From Trichoplax sp. H2 (taxonomy: Eukaryota): 64,000 nt of DNA. The position numbers and the translations under genes are program-made. Positions within the stretch are counted from its first letter, which is position 1. Each line of letters starts with the position of its first letter. Below, one piece after another: positions 63,312 through 64,000 of this stretch. The stretch spans positions 1-64,000 of the forward strand of contig NOWV01000129.1 in the NCBI GenBank assembly GCA_003344405.1, read 5' to 3'. The notes under the pieces are model-generated. The model saw only the letters and a list, made by a program, of their open reading frames with translations, did not search any database and was not told where the DNA came from.

Positions 63312-64000
63312 ATGTCTTTTTCGGCAACAATGACCAAGCCATGGATGGATGGTGGTAAGTGATAAATCGTTTAATAAATTGTGAAATCTTGAAAAGACAT
63401 TTGTTAAGAGATAATCAATTGAAAATTGGGTCAAGTGACTAGGACTAGATCATATGATAGTCAAGGAAGCTACATGTCAAATGGTGATATCATCCATGAG
63501 ATGATGTTATTAAATTAACCGTAATGGAATTGGACTTTGTCTTACTTTCGATCATTATTCCTGTGCACAGCGCACAGCCAGTATCGGTGTTGCTCTTTTC
63601 GCTATTTTTAGTGACGTAATAAAGTAGTTCATTTGATATCATGGAATAATGCCTTCATCAGTTCATATATTATTGTCTCAAACTAAAATAATATCCATAA
63701 CTAGTTGAGTGCAATGGAATGAGCATAATATTGACTAGGTTAGAAAGTAGCGGTAAAAATTTTCCGTAAATATTTTATGGATGTGTTTATGATAATATCA
63801 ACTACATAACAAGTGCCAATCCATTGACACTAGAAAAGTATCAGTAAACTCGATAGTGCTATCAAATAATAATGATATTGATTCCATTATTAGCTTCTAG
63901 TAGTCCATCCAAAGAAAGCCCATCGAGTAAATCAAATCATACCGCAAGCGGCAGTGCTACTATCAATAATACTGCTATAACTTCGACTAGCAATGATAAT
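63312..64000 (+). CDS. Probable 5' end of an unidentified gene with Ser/Thr-rich N-terminus (runs off window)
   Basis: 63312-63354 reads MSFSATMTKPWMDG-G|gtaagt (phase 1). It joins the acceptor attag|63894 to give ASSSPSKESPSSKSNHTASGSATINNTAITSTSNDN, open to 64000. An upstream acceptor at 63290-63291 suggests a 5'UTR intron. Confidence 0.55.

Noticed and set aside
1..64000. tRNA, rRNA or other structured RNA genes
   Set aside because: I recognised none by eye. tRNAscan-SE or Infernal would be needed to exclude small intronic RNAs.

Overview
AT-rich eukaryotic (animal) genomic DNA with short GT-AG introns. A compact, placozoan-like genome is my guess, not something the sequence proves. I assembled gene models by hand from splice sites and reading-frame continuity. 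In order: (1) the 3' part of an extended-synaptotagmin-like multi-C2 gene (+, <23..5074); (2) a ~40-kb cluster of six 6-Cys-type tetraspanin loci, labelled here A-F: A, B and D intact on +, C a nonsense/truncated pseudogene on +, E and F on -; (3) a complete 16-exon DNAJC3/P58IPK gene (+, 47917..55357), head-to-head with tetraspanin F; (4) the probable start of an unidentified Ser/Thr-rich gene running off the right end. Between and inside the genes are a 112-bp tandem array, a ~30/33-bp satellite that switches orientation (foldback) in DNAJC3 intron 1, many small local duplications, and GC-elevated TACAGTA/TACTGTA-rich islands with faint, decayed hAT-transposase-like traces. Most ORFs in the supplied track are single exons read into introns, or noise. 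I found no prokaryote-type system. The best leads are tetraspanin paralogue diversification (tail signals, intron loss and gain, a pseudogene breakpoint) and the foldback satellite.
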